Origin: an uncultured Verrucomicrobiae bacterium
GTDB lineage: Bacteria; Verrucomicrobiota; Verrucomicrobiia; Chthoniobacterales; Chthoniobacteraceae
Length of the DNA stretch: 64,000 nucleotides
Direction of reading: 5' to 3'
Assembly: GCA_963828525.1 (NCBI GenBank)
Contig: CAWHEP010000008.1
Span: 64,001-128,000, forward strand
Under the pieces are notes generated by a model that was not told where the DNA came from, searched no databases, and saw only the letters and a list, made by a program, of their open reading frames with translations. Positions 9,259-18,913 of this stretch are shown piece after piece (within the stretch, counting starts at the first letter, position 1; the number at the start of each line of letters is the position of its first letter). The translations under genes and the position numbers were made by a program.

Positions 9259-9969
9259 TCAGTGCTCCATCGTCACGATCGGAAGCAAGGCGAAGGTTCC
9301 CTCCGCGTTCCCGATATTGCTGAGTATGTGAATCCCCAGTTCGTATCCACGATCCCAGTGGATCACGCGGAGCGGGTAGTAGCCGGGAGAGGCGAAAGAG
9401 ATGTCTGCGGAATACATAGGGTCATCAAAGGCCGACATCCCGCCAAAATCATTTTTGCGAAAGACAACCGCGCCGCCGATCTTAACCTCGGCCCCGTCAT
9501 CCACGGGGACTCGAAGCTTGTACGACCCTGCCTTCTCTATATGAATGAATCCGGTTAAGATGAAGACAGAGCGAGCGCCTATCGGTTGGGAAATCCGGGG
9601 TGAAGCAGCCATACCAGCAGCAACGCGCGCGGCAAACTTCTCCTTTCCGAAAAGATAATCTCCCAGGCTGATGTTGATGCCGGGAACGGTTCGCGCTCCG
9701 AAGGGAAAATCGATTGTCGGCAAGTTCGTTTCCAGCACGGCCTGCGGCTGGCTTCTGGAGGCGAAAAGGATGGCTTCGTCCAGAGAATCCAAACCTTTGG
9801 GCGCGTAGGGGTCGAATGGATAAAATTCCATCCTCAACCCGTGCGCCTCGCTCTTCATCACCGCGGAGCTTGCTGGAATCTCCGAGACGGTTGGCGTCGT
9901 GAACTGAGCGTGGCCAGAGTCCTGAAAGAGGATCAAACACGACGCGACGAAAGTTACAAGTTTTACCAT
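9259..9969 (-). CDS. Secreted PA14-domain protein (putative carbohydrate-binding)
   Basis: Signal peptide; PA14 signature FILTGFIHIEKAGSYKLRVPVDDGAEVKIGG...GYYPLRVIHWD. Confidence 0.7.
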   Translation of the reverse strand: MVKLVTFVASCLILFQDSGHAQFTTPTVSEIPASSAVMKSEAHGLRMEFYPFDPYAPKGLDSLDEAILFASRSQPQAVLETNLPTIDFPFGARTVPGINISLGDYLFGKEKFAARVAAGMAASPRISQPIGARSVFILTGFIHIEKAGSYKLRVPVDDGAEVKIGGAVVFRKNDFGGMSAFDDPMYSADISFASPGYYPLRVIHWDRGYELGIHILSNIGNAEGTFALLPIVTMEH

Positions 9970-10063
9970 AAAGCTATGGACGCTACATCATCCGTCGGAA
10001 GCGCGGATAAGGACGCAGTGACTGATCAATAATTCCGCGTGACCCGTCGTTTGCGCAGTCACA

Positions 10064-10978
10064 TTAATGGTTTGTCGTCAGCGCGTCGCGGATACAGGCC
10101 GCTAAAACGCGATCTCCCTCCGGGTTGGGGTGAACAAAATCCCGATAAAGGTTCGGCTGCCATCTTCCATCCCCCGCCACTTCCAAAAAGCGAATACCAA
10201 GGGAATCCGCATGCGCTTTGAGACTTCGGGCTACCATGTTGCTCGTGTCACCACCTGGGTTCTTCAATTCGTACGAGTCAGGATACAGCACAATCAGGAT
10301 TTTCAAACGAGGAGACCTTTGTTTAAGAGCCGCGAGAAAATTCGCGAAGGCTGGAATCTGCGCGTCGAATACCGCCACGTTTTCCTCCCTGATGGGAAGG
10401 TATTCGGGATCCCGAGTAATGTGAAGAGCTGGCAGCACGTAGCGCTGCAACCCGTAAACGCTCGCGAGAAGCGGAGGGCGGGGCGGGTGGACAAGCGGAG
10501 ACCACGACAAGGTACGGTGTCGAAAATCTCCCGTGATGACAACCCAAACAAGCCAGTCCATCTGGCCGGCCAAATCAGGATTTCTCTCGAGATAAGTGAT
10601 CTCATTGAGCACGGCCCACTTGCCCGCGCCCACCGGCCAGACAGCCGTGTTGCCCCCCAACTGTTCTTGCAAACATGGACCCAGCTTCTCGGCCTGGCGA
10701 TAGGCGTTTCCTCCGTAAACGATGCTGTCTCCCAATAGAAGTATGTTGCGCTTCCCCTCGGGACGGTATGGCGGCGCGCCCATGCTTCTGTCGTTAAATT
10801 GCCAGTCGTTTTTTCGGAGGAAACATCCGGACTGATTCGCCGCCGGGATGTAGCCAATCTGATCGTCGATATGATAGATCGGAACGTCCGCAATCCCGCT
10901 AAACCTAGCCAGAAGTTCGATGGCAATGAAAAGGCTGGCCGCCCCGCCGACAAACTTCGTGATTCTGGTCTTCATCAA
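10064..10978 (-). CDS. SGNH/GDSL hydrolase-family protein (polysaccharide O-acyl modification)
   Basis: N-terminal anchor; LLLGDSIVYGG block I and DFVHPN block V. Confidence 0.8.
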   Translation of the reverse strand: MMKTRITKFVGGAASLFIAIELLARFSGIADVPIYHIDDQIGYIPAANQSGCFLRKNDWQFNDRSMGAPPYRPEGKRNILLLGDSIVYGGNAYRQAEKLGPCLQEQLGGNTAVWPVGAGKWAVLNEITYLERNPDLAGQMDWLVWVVITGDFRHRTLSWSPLVHPPRPPLLASVYGLQRYVLPALHITRDPEYLPIREENVAVFDAQIPAFANFLAALKQRSPRLKILIVLYPDSYELKNPGGDTSNMVARSLKAHADSLGIRFLEVAGDGRWQPNLYRDFVHPNPEGDRVLAACIRDALTTNH

Positions 10979-12153
10979 GACTGATGAGTTGTGTCTCCAG
11001 ATCCAAAGGGAGTGACGACCTCTAGAATGGAACGCGCGGCGGCAGTCGCTTCAAAGCGCGTGTTGAAGCATCGCAAAGCGCAAGCGCTCATACGCGCGCG
11101 TTCTTCATCCGACAAAGAAAACCAGCGGCTTAACAGAGCGGATGTCCCCGGCAAATCGTCGTTCTCCACCAAACCTGCCCCGTCTCGCCTGATCAATCCA
11201 TGGATGTTAACTTTGTTTGAAATGAGGACAGGACGCCCAGTGGAAAGGGCCTCCGACACCGCGATGCCAAAGTTCTCCTGATGGGAAGGCAGCGCAAATA
11301 CCTCCGCGGCATGGAATGCGCCCCACTTCAGATCTCCGGAAAGCAGGCCGGTCCACGTCACAAGTCCCGTCGCGTTCTCCGGCGCCAGCCTATGAAGGTG
11401 CTGTGTATAGGCTTCCGAACCCGAGCCGGCCATCACAAGGCGCGCGTTTTCGAATTCTACGCCTTTTTTCAATCGGGCAAACGCGTGAATGAGGAGCTCG
11501 CAGCCTTTCTTCTCATGGAGACGCCCGAGGAAAAGGATAATCCTCTTGCCTGCCAGCTCCGGAAACAGCCGGAGAAACTGATCGCGCTGTGAGAGAGGGT
11601 CACCTGCCGGCGCCACCGTGCCGAGGGAGACGACCTTTTCCACGCATCGATATAGCCAGAAAGACCGACGAGCGTCTCGTCTCTCCTGCTCGCTGGTAAA
11701 AAGTACTGCCCGGGCATCCCGGAGGACCCGGTAATCACTCCAAGGCCAGTAAAGCCACTTCTTGAGATGTTTTAGCGGGTAATTCTTCTTGAACCATGGA
11801 TCGAGCATTCCATGAGGAAAGACGTAGTAGGGGATGTTCATGCGCCGGAGCGCCCGCCACGCGCCAAAACTCGCATACTGCCACAAGCCATGCACGAAGA
11901 TGGCGTTGTAGCTTCGCGCGTGGGAGAGAAGCCAAGGTACAAGAGCCTTTGTGAATCCATACTTCAAAGAAGCCGCGCCAAGGGCATTGATCTGGAACGG
12001 AATCTCAGCCAGCCATTCTGAATTTGGAGCATCGAAACACAGCGCTTCAACGCAATGTCCGAGAGTTTGTTGAGCGTTTCCGATCACTTTCACCATCTCC
12101 GCCGTGCCCCCGGCGGCCGGCTGCAGACTAGGAATAATGTGGAGAATCTTCAA
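10975..12153 (-). CDS. Glycosyltransferase family 4
   Basis: MKILHIIPSL...GG; PHGMLDPW; FLGRLHEKKG; LPSHQENFGIAVSEAL. Confidence 0.9.
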   Translation of the reverse strand: MKILHIIPSLQPAAGGTAEMVKVIGNAQQTLGHCVEALCFDAPNSEWLAEIPFQINALGAASLKYGFTKALVPWLLSHARSYNAIFVHGLWQYASFGAWRALRRMNIPYYVFPHGMLDPWFKKNYPLKHLKKWLYWPWSDYRVLRDARAVLFTSEQERRDARRSFWLYRCVEKVVSLGTVAPAGDPLSQRDQFLRLFPELAGKRIILFLGRLHEKKGCELLIHAFARLKKGVEFENARLVMAGSGSEAYTQHLHRLAPENATGLVTWTGLLSGDLKWGAFHAAEVFALPSHQENFGIAVSEALSTGRPVLISNKVNIHGLIRRDGAGLVENDDLPGTSALLSRWFSLSDEERARMSACALRCFNTRFEATAAARSILEVVTPFGSGDTTHQS

Positions 12154-12177
12154 GGCAACCGAGTCGAAGGGCAGTTT

Positions 12178-12870
12178 TCACGACCCTGGCTTTTGAAAAA
12201 AGGCGATCAAATTGTCGCTGAAGCGCCGACCTTTCGCGCCGCCGGAAAGGATGTTCTGCCAGGTGAACCGGGTGAAGCGAGGCAGATAACCATGATCCGT
12301 GTAGAAGATCGATGGATGTCCAAACCCCGCCTCCAGGGCGAGCCGCTGGACATCGCGCGCCAGCAGGGCCGTTATATGAGCGGGATAGTTCTCGTCGGAG
12401 AAACCGGCAAAGTGCCCTCTTGCGAATAGCGAGAGCAAGGAACGCCAGCTTTCATTGTTCGGCGTGCTGAAAATCACCCAGCCGCCCTTCCTCAGCACCC
12501 GGAACCATTCCCGCATGATCTCTCTTGGATTCTCCAGATGTTCCACCACCTCCGCGGATACCACGACATCGAAACTCTCACTCTGCAGTGGCGCGGCATG
12601 ATTGAGGTCAGCCACTATGTGGACGATCTCGCCAGGCAGCGAGGAAGGTCTCGGCTGTATGTCCAAGGCGGTGATCGATCTAAACTGCCCGGATTGCAGG
12701 AGCCTGCGCGAAAGACCGCCCGAACCTGCTCCAAAGTCGAGCAAATCACCCTTCCAACCCTGCTGTTCGATTACCGCAAGAATACGGTCATAGATTGGGC
12801 CGGAACTGATGCCCTTGGTCCTAAGAGCAGCATCCAGGCGACGATCCTGGAGGTTCCCGGCGTCACTCAT
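12178..12870 (-). CDS. Class I SAM-dependent methyltransferase
   Basis: LLDFGAGSG; FDVVVSAEVVEHL; LRKGGWVIFSTPN. Confidence 0.88.
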   Translation of the reverse strand: MSDAGNLQDRRLDAALRTKGISSGPIYDRILAVIEQQGWKGDLLDFGAGSGGLSRRLLQSGQFRSITALDIQPRPSSLPGEIVHIVADLNHAAPLQSESFDVVVSAEVVEHLENPREIMREWFRVLRKGGWVIFSTPNNESWRSLLSLFARGHFAGFSDENYPAHITALLARDVQRLALEAGFGHPSIFYTDHGYLPRFTRFTWQNILSGGAKGRRFSDNLIAFFQKPGS

Positions 12871-14033
12871 TCAGATTCGCAGCTTAAGATGAGGTCTTCA
12901 TAAGTCCGCCTGTAATCTCGGATCATTGCCTCAGTAGGGAACCGGCTGGCGTTTTCGAACCCTCGTTTGATCGCGGCTTCTCGCGAAACGGAGTCTTGGT
13001 TCAGCAGCGCTGCGATGACGGCTGCCGCTTCGGTCGGCTTTTCGGGATCTATGTAGAAAGCCGCGTCTCCGCCAACCTCCGTCATAGGAGCGCGATTGGA
13101 TGTGACTACTCTGCAGCCGCATGCTTGCGCTTCGATGATTGGCCAGCCAAATCCCTCGGCGATGGAAGGAAAAACCAGCAACTCGGCGCTCGTGTAGAGA
13201 GCGCGCAACTCTTCATTTGAGACGCCGATCACATTAAAAACAGTCTCGCCCAGCCCATTACTGGAGATGAATTCCAATATTTCCGCGTTGAAGGGCTGGC
13301 CAGCCATCACCAATGGCGGGACTAAGGAGGCGCTGTCTCGCAGGGCTCTGTATATCCGGAGCAGCCCCATCCGATTTTTATACCAGGTATTGCTCCCGAC
13401 GTGGAAAATGAAGCGGCGAACATCGGGAAGGAGAGAGCGGACGTGATCCGCGGCTTCTCGCGTGTCCGCCGGAGCATAGCCATGGTTCTGTCCCATGTAA
13501 ATTACGCTGACACGCTCCGGAGCCATTCCTGTGATTCTGAGAAAATCATCCCGTGTCGCGCCTGAGATGCACGCGACTCGCATGGCGCGCTTTAGTCCCC
13601 CAACGATCAGCGCCTGAAGCCGCTTCCCCGTCCAACCTGTGCGATGTTGAGGAATCTCTCCTCTGGCTGAGCGGATCGCCAGCAAGTCGTTGCATGTGAC
13701 AAGGTGAGGCGTCCCGCGCAGATGCCTGGTATAGTGAGCATTCGATTGGTCGCATATATGCACCACTAGCGAGTGTGACAGGCGAGACGCCGCTCGCGAA
13801 AGGCGCCAGACTTTGAAGCGAAGAATAACAGGAAAGATAAGAAACTTGTCGATATAGCCCAGCCACTTACCGAGGCCAGTGGCGGATCGGCGAAGCCTTC
13901 CGAAAAATGGGATGGGCCGTATCAGTTCGGCCCGCACACCCTCGCGGGGCAGTTCTCTCAACAGCGTGAGGACGAAAAGCTCCATGCTCTGAATGGCGTC
14001 GTTCGAATAATTCCCCAACAGAAGAACCTTCAT
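12867..14033 (-). CDS. Glycosyltransferase family 4 (mannosyltransferase-like)
   Basis: Start MKVLLLGNY; FHVGSNTWYKN; FPSIAEGFGWPIIEAQACG. Confidence 0.88.
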   Translation of the reverse strand: MKVLLLGNYSNDAIQSMELFVLTLLRELPREGVRAELIRPIPFFGRLRRSATGLGKWLGYIDKFLIFPVILRFKVWRLSRAASRLSHSLVVHICDQSNAHYTRHLRGTPHLVTCNDLLAIRSARGEIPQHRTGWTGKRLQALIVGGLKRAMRVACISGATRDDFLRITGMAPERVSVIYMGQNHGYAPADTREAADHVRSLLPDVRRFIFHVGSNTWYKNRMGLLRIYRALRDSASLVPPLVMAGQPFNAEILEFISSNGLGETVFNVIGVSNEELRALYTSAELLVFPSIAEGFGWPIIEAQACGCRVVTSNRAPMTEVGGDAAFYIDPEKPTEAAAVIAALLNQDSVSREAAIKRGFENASRFPTEAMIRDYRRTYEDLILSCESE

Positions 14034-14076
14034 TGGCAGAGGGGAGGAAAGGGCATTCAGGCGCGAGAAGGTAAGG

Positions 14077-15438
14077 TCAATTCGCCAGGCCACTCTCCTC
14101 GGACGGGGAAGCGCTTTCCCGGCTGGAGGTGAACATGCCCAAAGCCGCAACGCAGAGAGCGGAGTCGAAGACGGTGAATCCGAGCGTCGTCGGGCGTCCA
14201 AGCTGGCCGATTAGAACCAGCGGAAATGCAGCGCCGAAAAGGAGGATCGGCAATGGCTGTCCCCGGTAGGCCAGCCTCAATGACTGACGCCACATCCAAA
14301 AGACAAGCAGGAGCCGCCACAGGATATAAAGGGTGCCTAGAATAGGTCCGCTTTCCATGGTGTTCCTTTGCCACTCGCCTTCAGCTAGCAAATACATATC
14401 CTTGCCGGTGAGCAGGCGCGAACCCGCGTTGGTGCCCATTCCCAGGCCATAACCCTCGAGGGGTTCCTCCCACAGTTTTTCAGAAAAGGCGCTTGTAAAG
14501 AATGATGTGACGCGCCGAATCATGCCTTCGTTGCCCCCCTCAATCTGGCTGGCATCGTCCAGCCTCTCGCTGAAGGCCGCGAGACTTTGCTGAATGGAGT
14601 GTAATTGCGAAAGGAATCCGAACGCAAGAACGCCAAGGACGGCGACGGGAATGAAGCGCGGCACGAACCCGGGACGCAACGCGTTAAATACAAACAAGCA
14701 AACTAAAACAAGTCCCACGTAACCTAAGTTCAAGCGGCTGATCGAGGTCATCATCGCCATCCCCAATGCAAGACCAGAGGAGACCAGGAGGACTTTCGGA
14801 TAGGCCTTCCCGGCGAGTGTACCATATATGAGAAAAGCCGCGCAGAGGGCGGAAAACTCGGCCGGGCCAGTCGCAAAGGTAAAGATGCCAGGAGGCCTGA
14901 TCCTCCCGCTGCCACCCGCGATCTGCAAACCCTCCCCAGTAGCTGTCCTGTTGATCCATGCGTCCGGCGGCGCGAGGAATTGGTATATCATCAGCATCGA
15001 AACAGGGATCAGTATGATCAGGCACCATTTGCCAACATTCACGACGTCGCGCAGGGAGAAAAATTTGGGAATAAGGAAGATCATCGGCATGTGGAGAAAG
15101 TTCGTGCGAGCGCCGTAAAAGTTAACAAGAAGGGTGTTCTTCTCCGCGAGGAGGCCCGCAAGGAACGAGAACACCGCGAGAATCCCGCACGTAATTACAA
15201 ACGGGCTGGTGGGCAGCTTGCCAGAACGGTATGCCAGCCAGTAGATCAGGATAATGACGGGATCGCGGATAATCGCGATTGGCGCGGAAAGCTGAGGCAG
15301 CAGCCATTTTCGCACGGCCCCCTCAAATAAAATCATGAAAAAGTAGCTCCAGATGAGCCGGCGAATGGCCACGTCATAGTTCGGCAGGGGATCGACCCAA
15401 GCAGCCCTGCGTGGGAATGGTATCGTGCCGGTATTCAT
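14077..15438 (-). CDS. Wzy-like polysaccharide polymerase / O-antigen-ligase-like membrane protein
   Basis: About 11 TM segments; FEGAVRKW, RPPGIFTF, GYGLGMGTN and EGEWQRNTMESG motifs. Paralogue of 60314-61733. Confidence 0.7.
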   Translation of the reverse strand: MNTGTIPFPRRAAWVDPLPNYDVAIRRLIWSYFFMILFEGAVRKWLLPQLSAPIAIIRDPVIILIYWLAYRSGKLPTSPFVITCGILAVFSFLAGLLAEKNTLLVNFYGARTNFLHMPMIFLIPKFFSLRDVVNVGKWCLIILIPVSMLMIYQFLAPPDAWINRTATGEGLQIAGGSGRIRPPGIFTFATGPAEFSALCAAFLIYGTLAGKAYPKVLLVSSGLALGMAMMTSISRLNLGYVGLVLVCLFVFNALRPGFVPRFIPVAVLGVLAFGFLSQLHSIQQSLAAFSERLDDASQIEGGNEGMIRRVTSFFTSAFSEKLWEEPLEGYGLGMGTNAGSRLLTGKDMYLLAEGEWQRNTMESGPILGTLYILWRLLLVFWMWRQSLRLAYRGQPLPILLFGAAFPLVLIGQLGRPTTLGFTVFDSALCVAALGMFTSSRESASPSEESGLAN

Positions 15439-15463
15439 TTTCAGAGCGCTGGAGGAGCAGGTT

Positions 15464-16723
15464 CTACAAGCGGGGTATCTGAGTTCCAAGCGCCGACTGC
15501 ACGATGTGTACAATCTGTCGCCCGTAGCTCTCCCATGTCAACCCGGCCGCTTTCGCGCTTGCCGCCAGACCCATTGCTTCGACCGCGTCTTTGTGATCCG
15601 CGAACCACTCCATCTTCTCGGCAAGAACGCTCTCAGATCGGATGGGCACGACAAACCCGCTCTGCCCCTCATCCACGAGATCTCCGGCTCCCGTGTTCGG
15701 GGTTATGATGACCGGCAGCCCACACTTCATCGCTTCAAGAACCACGAGGGCTTGCCCTTCGAACAAAGAGGGCAGCACCAGAACATCACACGATTTCATC
15801 AATTCGAGAACCTGCGCATGGGGGCGCGGTGGCTCATATTCAAACAGGTGCTTGTATTTCAGAATGGATTCTGGCCGCGCAGGCATCCTGCCCATCACGA
15901 TTAACTCTACTTTGCGTCCGAGGCTCTTTTTCGCGCGCAAGAGGTAGCCAATGCCCTTGCGTTGAATCACCAGCCCCACAAACAAGAACCGGAGAGGGCG
16001 GTTCTTAATCGGCGCGTTGTACTCCTTGCCTTTAATGCCTGCCGGGCTGCCAAATTGGACAGTCTGGATCTTCCCTGCCTCCACTCCCCCTTCGACGAGC
16101 GTTTGATGCACAAAAGGGCTGCACGCGATGATCGTGGTGGCGAGGCTGGCTTCCTGTTCCTTGCGCTCCAGCTTCTCCATGGGCTCCGCCCCGCCATCAA
16201 GGCTGAGAGCGTCCGCGAACTCTGGACACAGATCGCTCTCCTCGGCGAAAATGCGCTGGGCGCTTTTGAAATAGCCGATGGGCAAATCGTATATACACCG
16301 CAGCCCCATCCGGCTGGCGCGGCGGAAGGATTGCAACGCGCCGTCCTCATAACAATAAACAGCGGATGGCGCGTCCCCCTTGATCCTGGAGGTCAGCAAG
16401 CGAGCGGTTGATCTGTCCAGATCCTGCCAGACGCGATCCATAGATGCCAATCGGGACAGGAGTCCACCCATCCTGCGATGGGAAAGCTTCACCGCAACGA
16501 GCCGAAGCGCCTCTGAGAGTGGCCGCTGCCTAATCTTTGCGGATGCGACAGGGTACGACCTCCGAGCCGCTTCTTCGCGCAACCGCGCTGGCAGAAAGGA
16601 CAGGCGTTCGACGCCAGTGGCGGCCAGGGTCGTAGAGAAAAACGAGAGCAAACCAGCGGAGTCCAGCGCGTGGAGCGCAGCTCGAACATTGGCATTCCCT
16701 GTTGGATGGCTAAGTACGACCAT
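15464..16723 (-). CDS. Glycosyltransferase family 4
   Basis: Start MVVLSHPTGNANV; FLFVGLVIQRKG; LPSLFEGQALVVLEAMKCG. Confidence 0.88.
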   Translation of the reverse strand: MVVLSHPTGNANVRAALHALDSAGLLSFFSTTLAATGVERLSFLPARLREEAARRSYPVASAKIRQRPLSEALRLVAVKLSHRRMGGLLSRLASMDRVWQDLDRSTARLLTSRIKGDAPSAVYCYEDGALQSFRRASRMGLRCIYDLPIGYFKSAQRIFAEESDLCPEFADALSLDGGAEPMEKLERKEQEASLATTIIACSPFVHQTLVEGGVEAGKIQTVQFGSPAGIKGKEYNAPIKNRPLRFLFVGLVIQRKGIGYLLRAKKSLGRKVELIVMGRMPARPESILKYKHLFEYEPPRPHAQVLELMKSCDVLVLPSLFEGQALVVLEAMKCGLPVIITPNTGAGDLVDEGQSGFVVPIRSESVLAEKMEWFADHKDAVEAMGLAASAKAAGLTWESYGRQIVHIVQSALGTQIPRL

Positions 16724-17819
16724 GCGGATCAGACACGGAAGGGCCTCGAGAGCTGAACGCTTCCACAAGGGAGACGACCTCATCCGACACGGCCTCCCAC
16801 GTTCTGCCGCAAACGGCGTCGCGCGCCGCCAACCCAAGCTCGAGCCGGACTTTTTCATCACCCAAAACTCGGCCCAGCGCCTCCGCCAGGCCGTTTGCGT
16901 CTCCCGGCGCGAAGAGGAGCCCGGTCTTGCCATGCGCAATCAGGTCCTTCTGGCCACAACAGTCCGTCACCACGCAACAGCAGCCCGCTGCCATGGCTTG
17001 TAGTAGCGCGAGCGGCTGGCCTTCGAAGAGACTGGGCAAAACGAAAATATTTGCGCCGCGCAAAATAGTAGATTCCTGCTCGCGTTTGAACGCCGGTATT
17101 ACTTTGACGAACTGCCTTAGCCCCGGCGGCCAGTCCCTTAAGACTGCTTCCTCGGAAAAGCCGGTGCCGGCAAGCACCCACTGGGTCCGGAAGCCTCTCT
17201 CAAACAATTGGGCTGCGGCGTTCACCAGGTTATGGCAGCCCTTGCGCCTGATCCATGTGCCCATGAAGAGGATCGCAGCAGGCGCTCCGCGCTCCGGAAT
17301 CGGGCCCGGAGGATGGACTCCGTTCCTAAAAACAACAACATCCTCTCTCCTCCGCCCATAGCGTTGCACGGCATAGAGCTTGTCTTCTTCATTTGAGACG
17401 AGCAATCCGAGGGCGCCTCGCAAGCCAGACTCCGAAGGCCGGATCCGCCAGAGTGGGAATAAGACGCGTGACTTCAGCTTGATCTGTTCATCGGGCGATT
17501 GATTCGCGAGGGCGATGTCCCATCCTCGGCGTTCCATCCCGTGGCTGAATACAACGGTCGCCGGAAAACCCCGCGCGAACGGAGCAGACGCGGGTTCATG
17601 AACCAGGCACACAGCGGCGTCCTTCAGCAAAGACTCGCACCTTCGAAATGCCGCACTGCCGAAAAGAGCCTTGTGAGGCAACCGGCCAACGTCGCTCGGG
17701 CTCACGTGAACGAACTCGTAGCCGCGGGACTGAAAGGCTCTCCTCCAGTGAAACGCAATCCGCCCCATGCCCGTCTCTTCGGTGATGGCAACCTCAGATA
17801 CATGAATGACCCGCTTCAT
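16710..17819 (-). CDS. Glycosyltransferase family 4
   Basis: Start MKRVIHV; FMGTWIRRKG; LPSLFEGQPLALLQAMAAG. Confidence 0.88.
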   Translation of the reverse strand: MKRVIHVSEVAITEETGMGRIAFHWRRAFQSRGYEFVHVSPSDVGRLPHKALFGSAAFRRCESLLKDAAVCLVHEPASAPFARGFPATVVFSHGMERRGWDIALANQSPDEQIKLKSRVLFPLWRIRPSESGLRGALGLLVSNEEDKLYAVQRYGRRREDVVVFRNGVHPPGPIPERGAPAAILFMGTWIRRKGCHNLVNAAAQLFERGFRTQWVLAGTGFSEEAVLRDWPPGLRQFVKVIPAFKREQESTILRGANIFVLPSLFEGQPLALLQAMAAGCCCVVTDCCGQKDLIAHGKTGLLFAPGDANGLAEALGRVLGDEKVRLELGLAARDAVCGRTWEAVSDEVVSLVEAFSSRGPSVSDPHGRT

Positions 17820-18913
17820 GCCCTTCTGCGAATCAACGCTGCCAGATGACGGAACCGCCGGAAACCGAAGCGCAGCAAAAGGATCGCGGCATACATAGCA
17901 ATGAACAGACGTGAACATCCCCCGTGAGTAAGGCGCACCTCTTTTAGAACCTCCGGCACCCGCCATTGCGAGGCGAGGTACCACACGTGAAAATGCCGGA
18001 TCTTACGCGCGTCCCAAGAGCGCGCTGGAGCGGCTTTCTCCCATCTCTCCTTTGAAATGAAATCCAGCATCGAATCGACACGCGCGTCGTACGTATGCTT
18101 CTCAAGCACGAGCGCGCGACCGGCGGCTGATATCCGCTCGCGGGCATCGGCGTTCCGCTCGTAATGATCCACCAGCCCATCGATCTCTTCTTCCCTGCTG
18201 TACGTTGCAAAGTGTTCGCCAGCCGAGAAACCGAGGCTGGTTAACTCGGTAGGATGCCTGGTCAAAAGGAGCGCGCCAGCAGCCATTGCTTCGAAACATC
18301 GCAAGTTCGCATCCCTGGGGTAATCACTCCTTGGAAAGTTCACTACAATTTTGGACTGGCTGTAAACAAGCGCCATCTCTTCCGGGGAATAGTGGCGGTC
18401 GATGTCGTTAAGAACGAATTTCTTCTGGAGGTTGAGCAAGCGCTCGCGCCGGCTCGCGTGCTCTTTCAGTACGAGAGAACCCACCCACCCTACGTCATAG
18501 AGCTTTTCAGGAATTGGCTTCAAGAACAGAGCCGCGTCCACGGCGTGCGCCAGAAACCCGGCGCGCGGGATACCATGTTCCTTGAACTGGGATTCAAATC
18601 CGGGATGGAAGACAAAGTTGTAATCAAACAACTCTGCGATCCGAATCCTGTGCGCAAGCCCATCGAAGGTGTCAATATGCATGCAGCATGTGACGGCGCG
18701 GGCGCGTTCCACTCCATTTGGGAGAGCATAGTAGCCATCATGAATCGCGAGGGCAGCCTCGCTGGACGAAATGTCACATTCAGAGGGAGCGCGGTCTAAC
18801 GACATCGCAACGCACCGCTTTGCAAAAGCATTGTAGTAACCAAGTCTCTCGCGGGTCAGAGAAGCTTTGTCACAAAGGAACAAAACTCCGCCACGCAAAT
18901 CAGGGCTTGGCAT
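17816..18913 (-). CDS. CgeB-like GT-B glycosyltransferase
   Basis: YSQSKIVVNF...NLRCFEAMAAGALLLT...HTYDARV. Confidence 0.8.
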   Translation of the reverse strand: MPSPDLRGGVLFLCDKASLTRERLGYYNAFAKRCVAMSLDRAPSECDISSSEAALAIHDGYYALPNGVERARAVTCCMHIDTFDGLAHRIRIAELFDYNFVFHPGFESQFKEHGIPRAGFLAHAVDAALFLKPIPEKLYDVGWVGSLVLKEHASRRERLLNLQKKFVLNDIDRHYSPEEMALVYSQSKIVVNFPRSDYPRDANLRCFEAMAAGALLLTRHPTELTSLGFSAGEHFATYSREEEIDGLVDHYERNADARERISAAGRALVLEKHTYDARVDSMLDFISKERWEKAAPARSWDARKIRHFHVWYLASQWRVPEVLKEVRLTHGGCSRLFIAMYAAILLLRFGFRRFRHLAALIRRRA

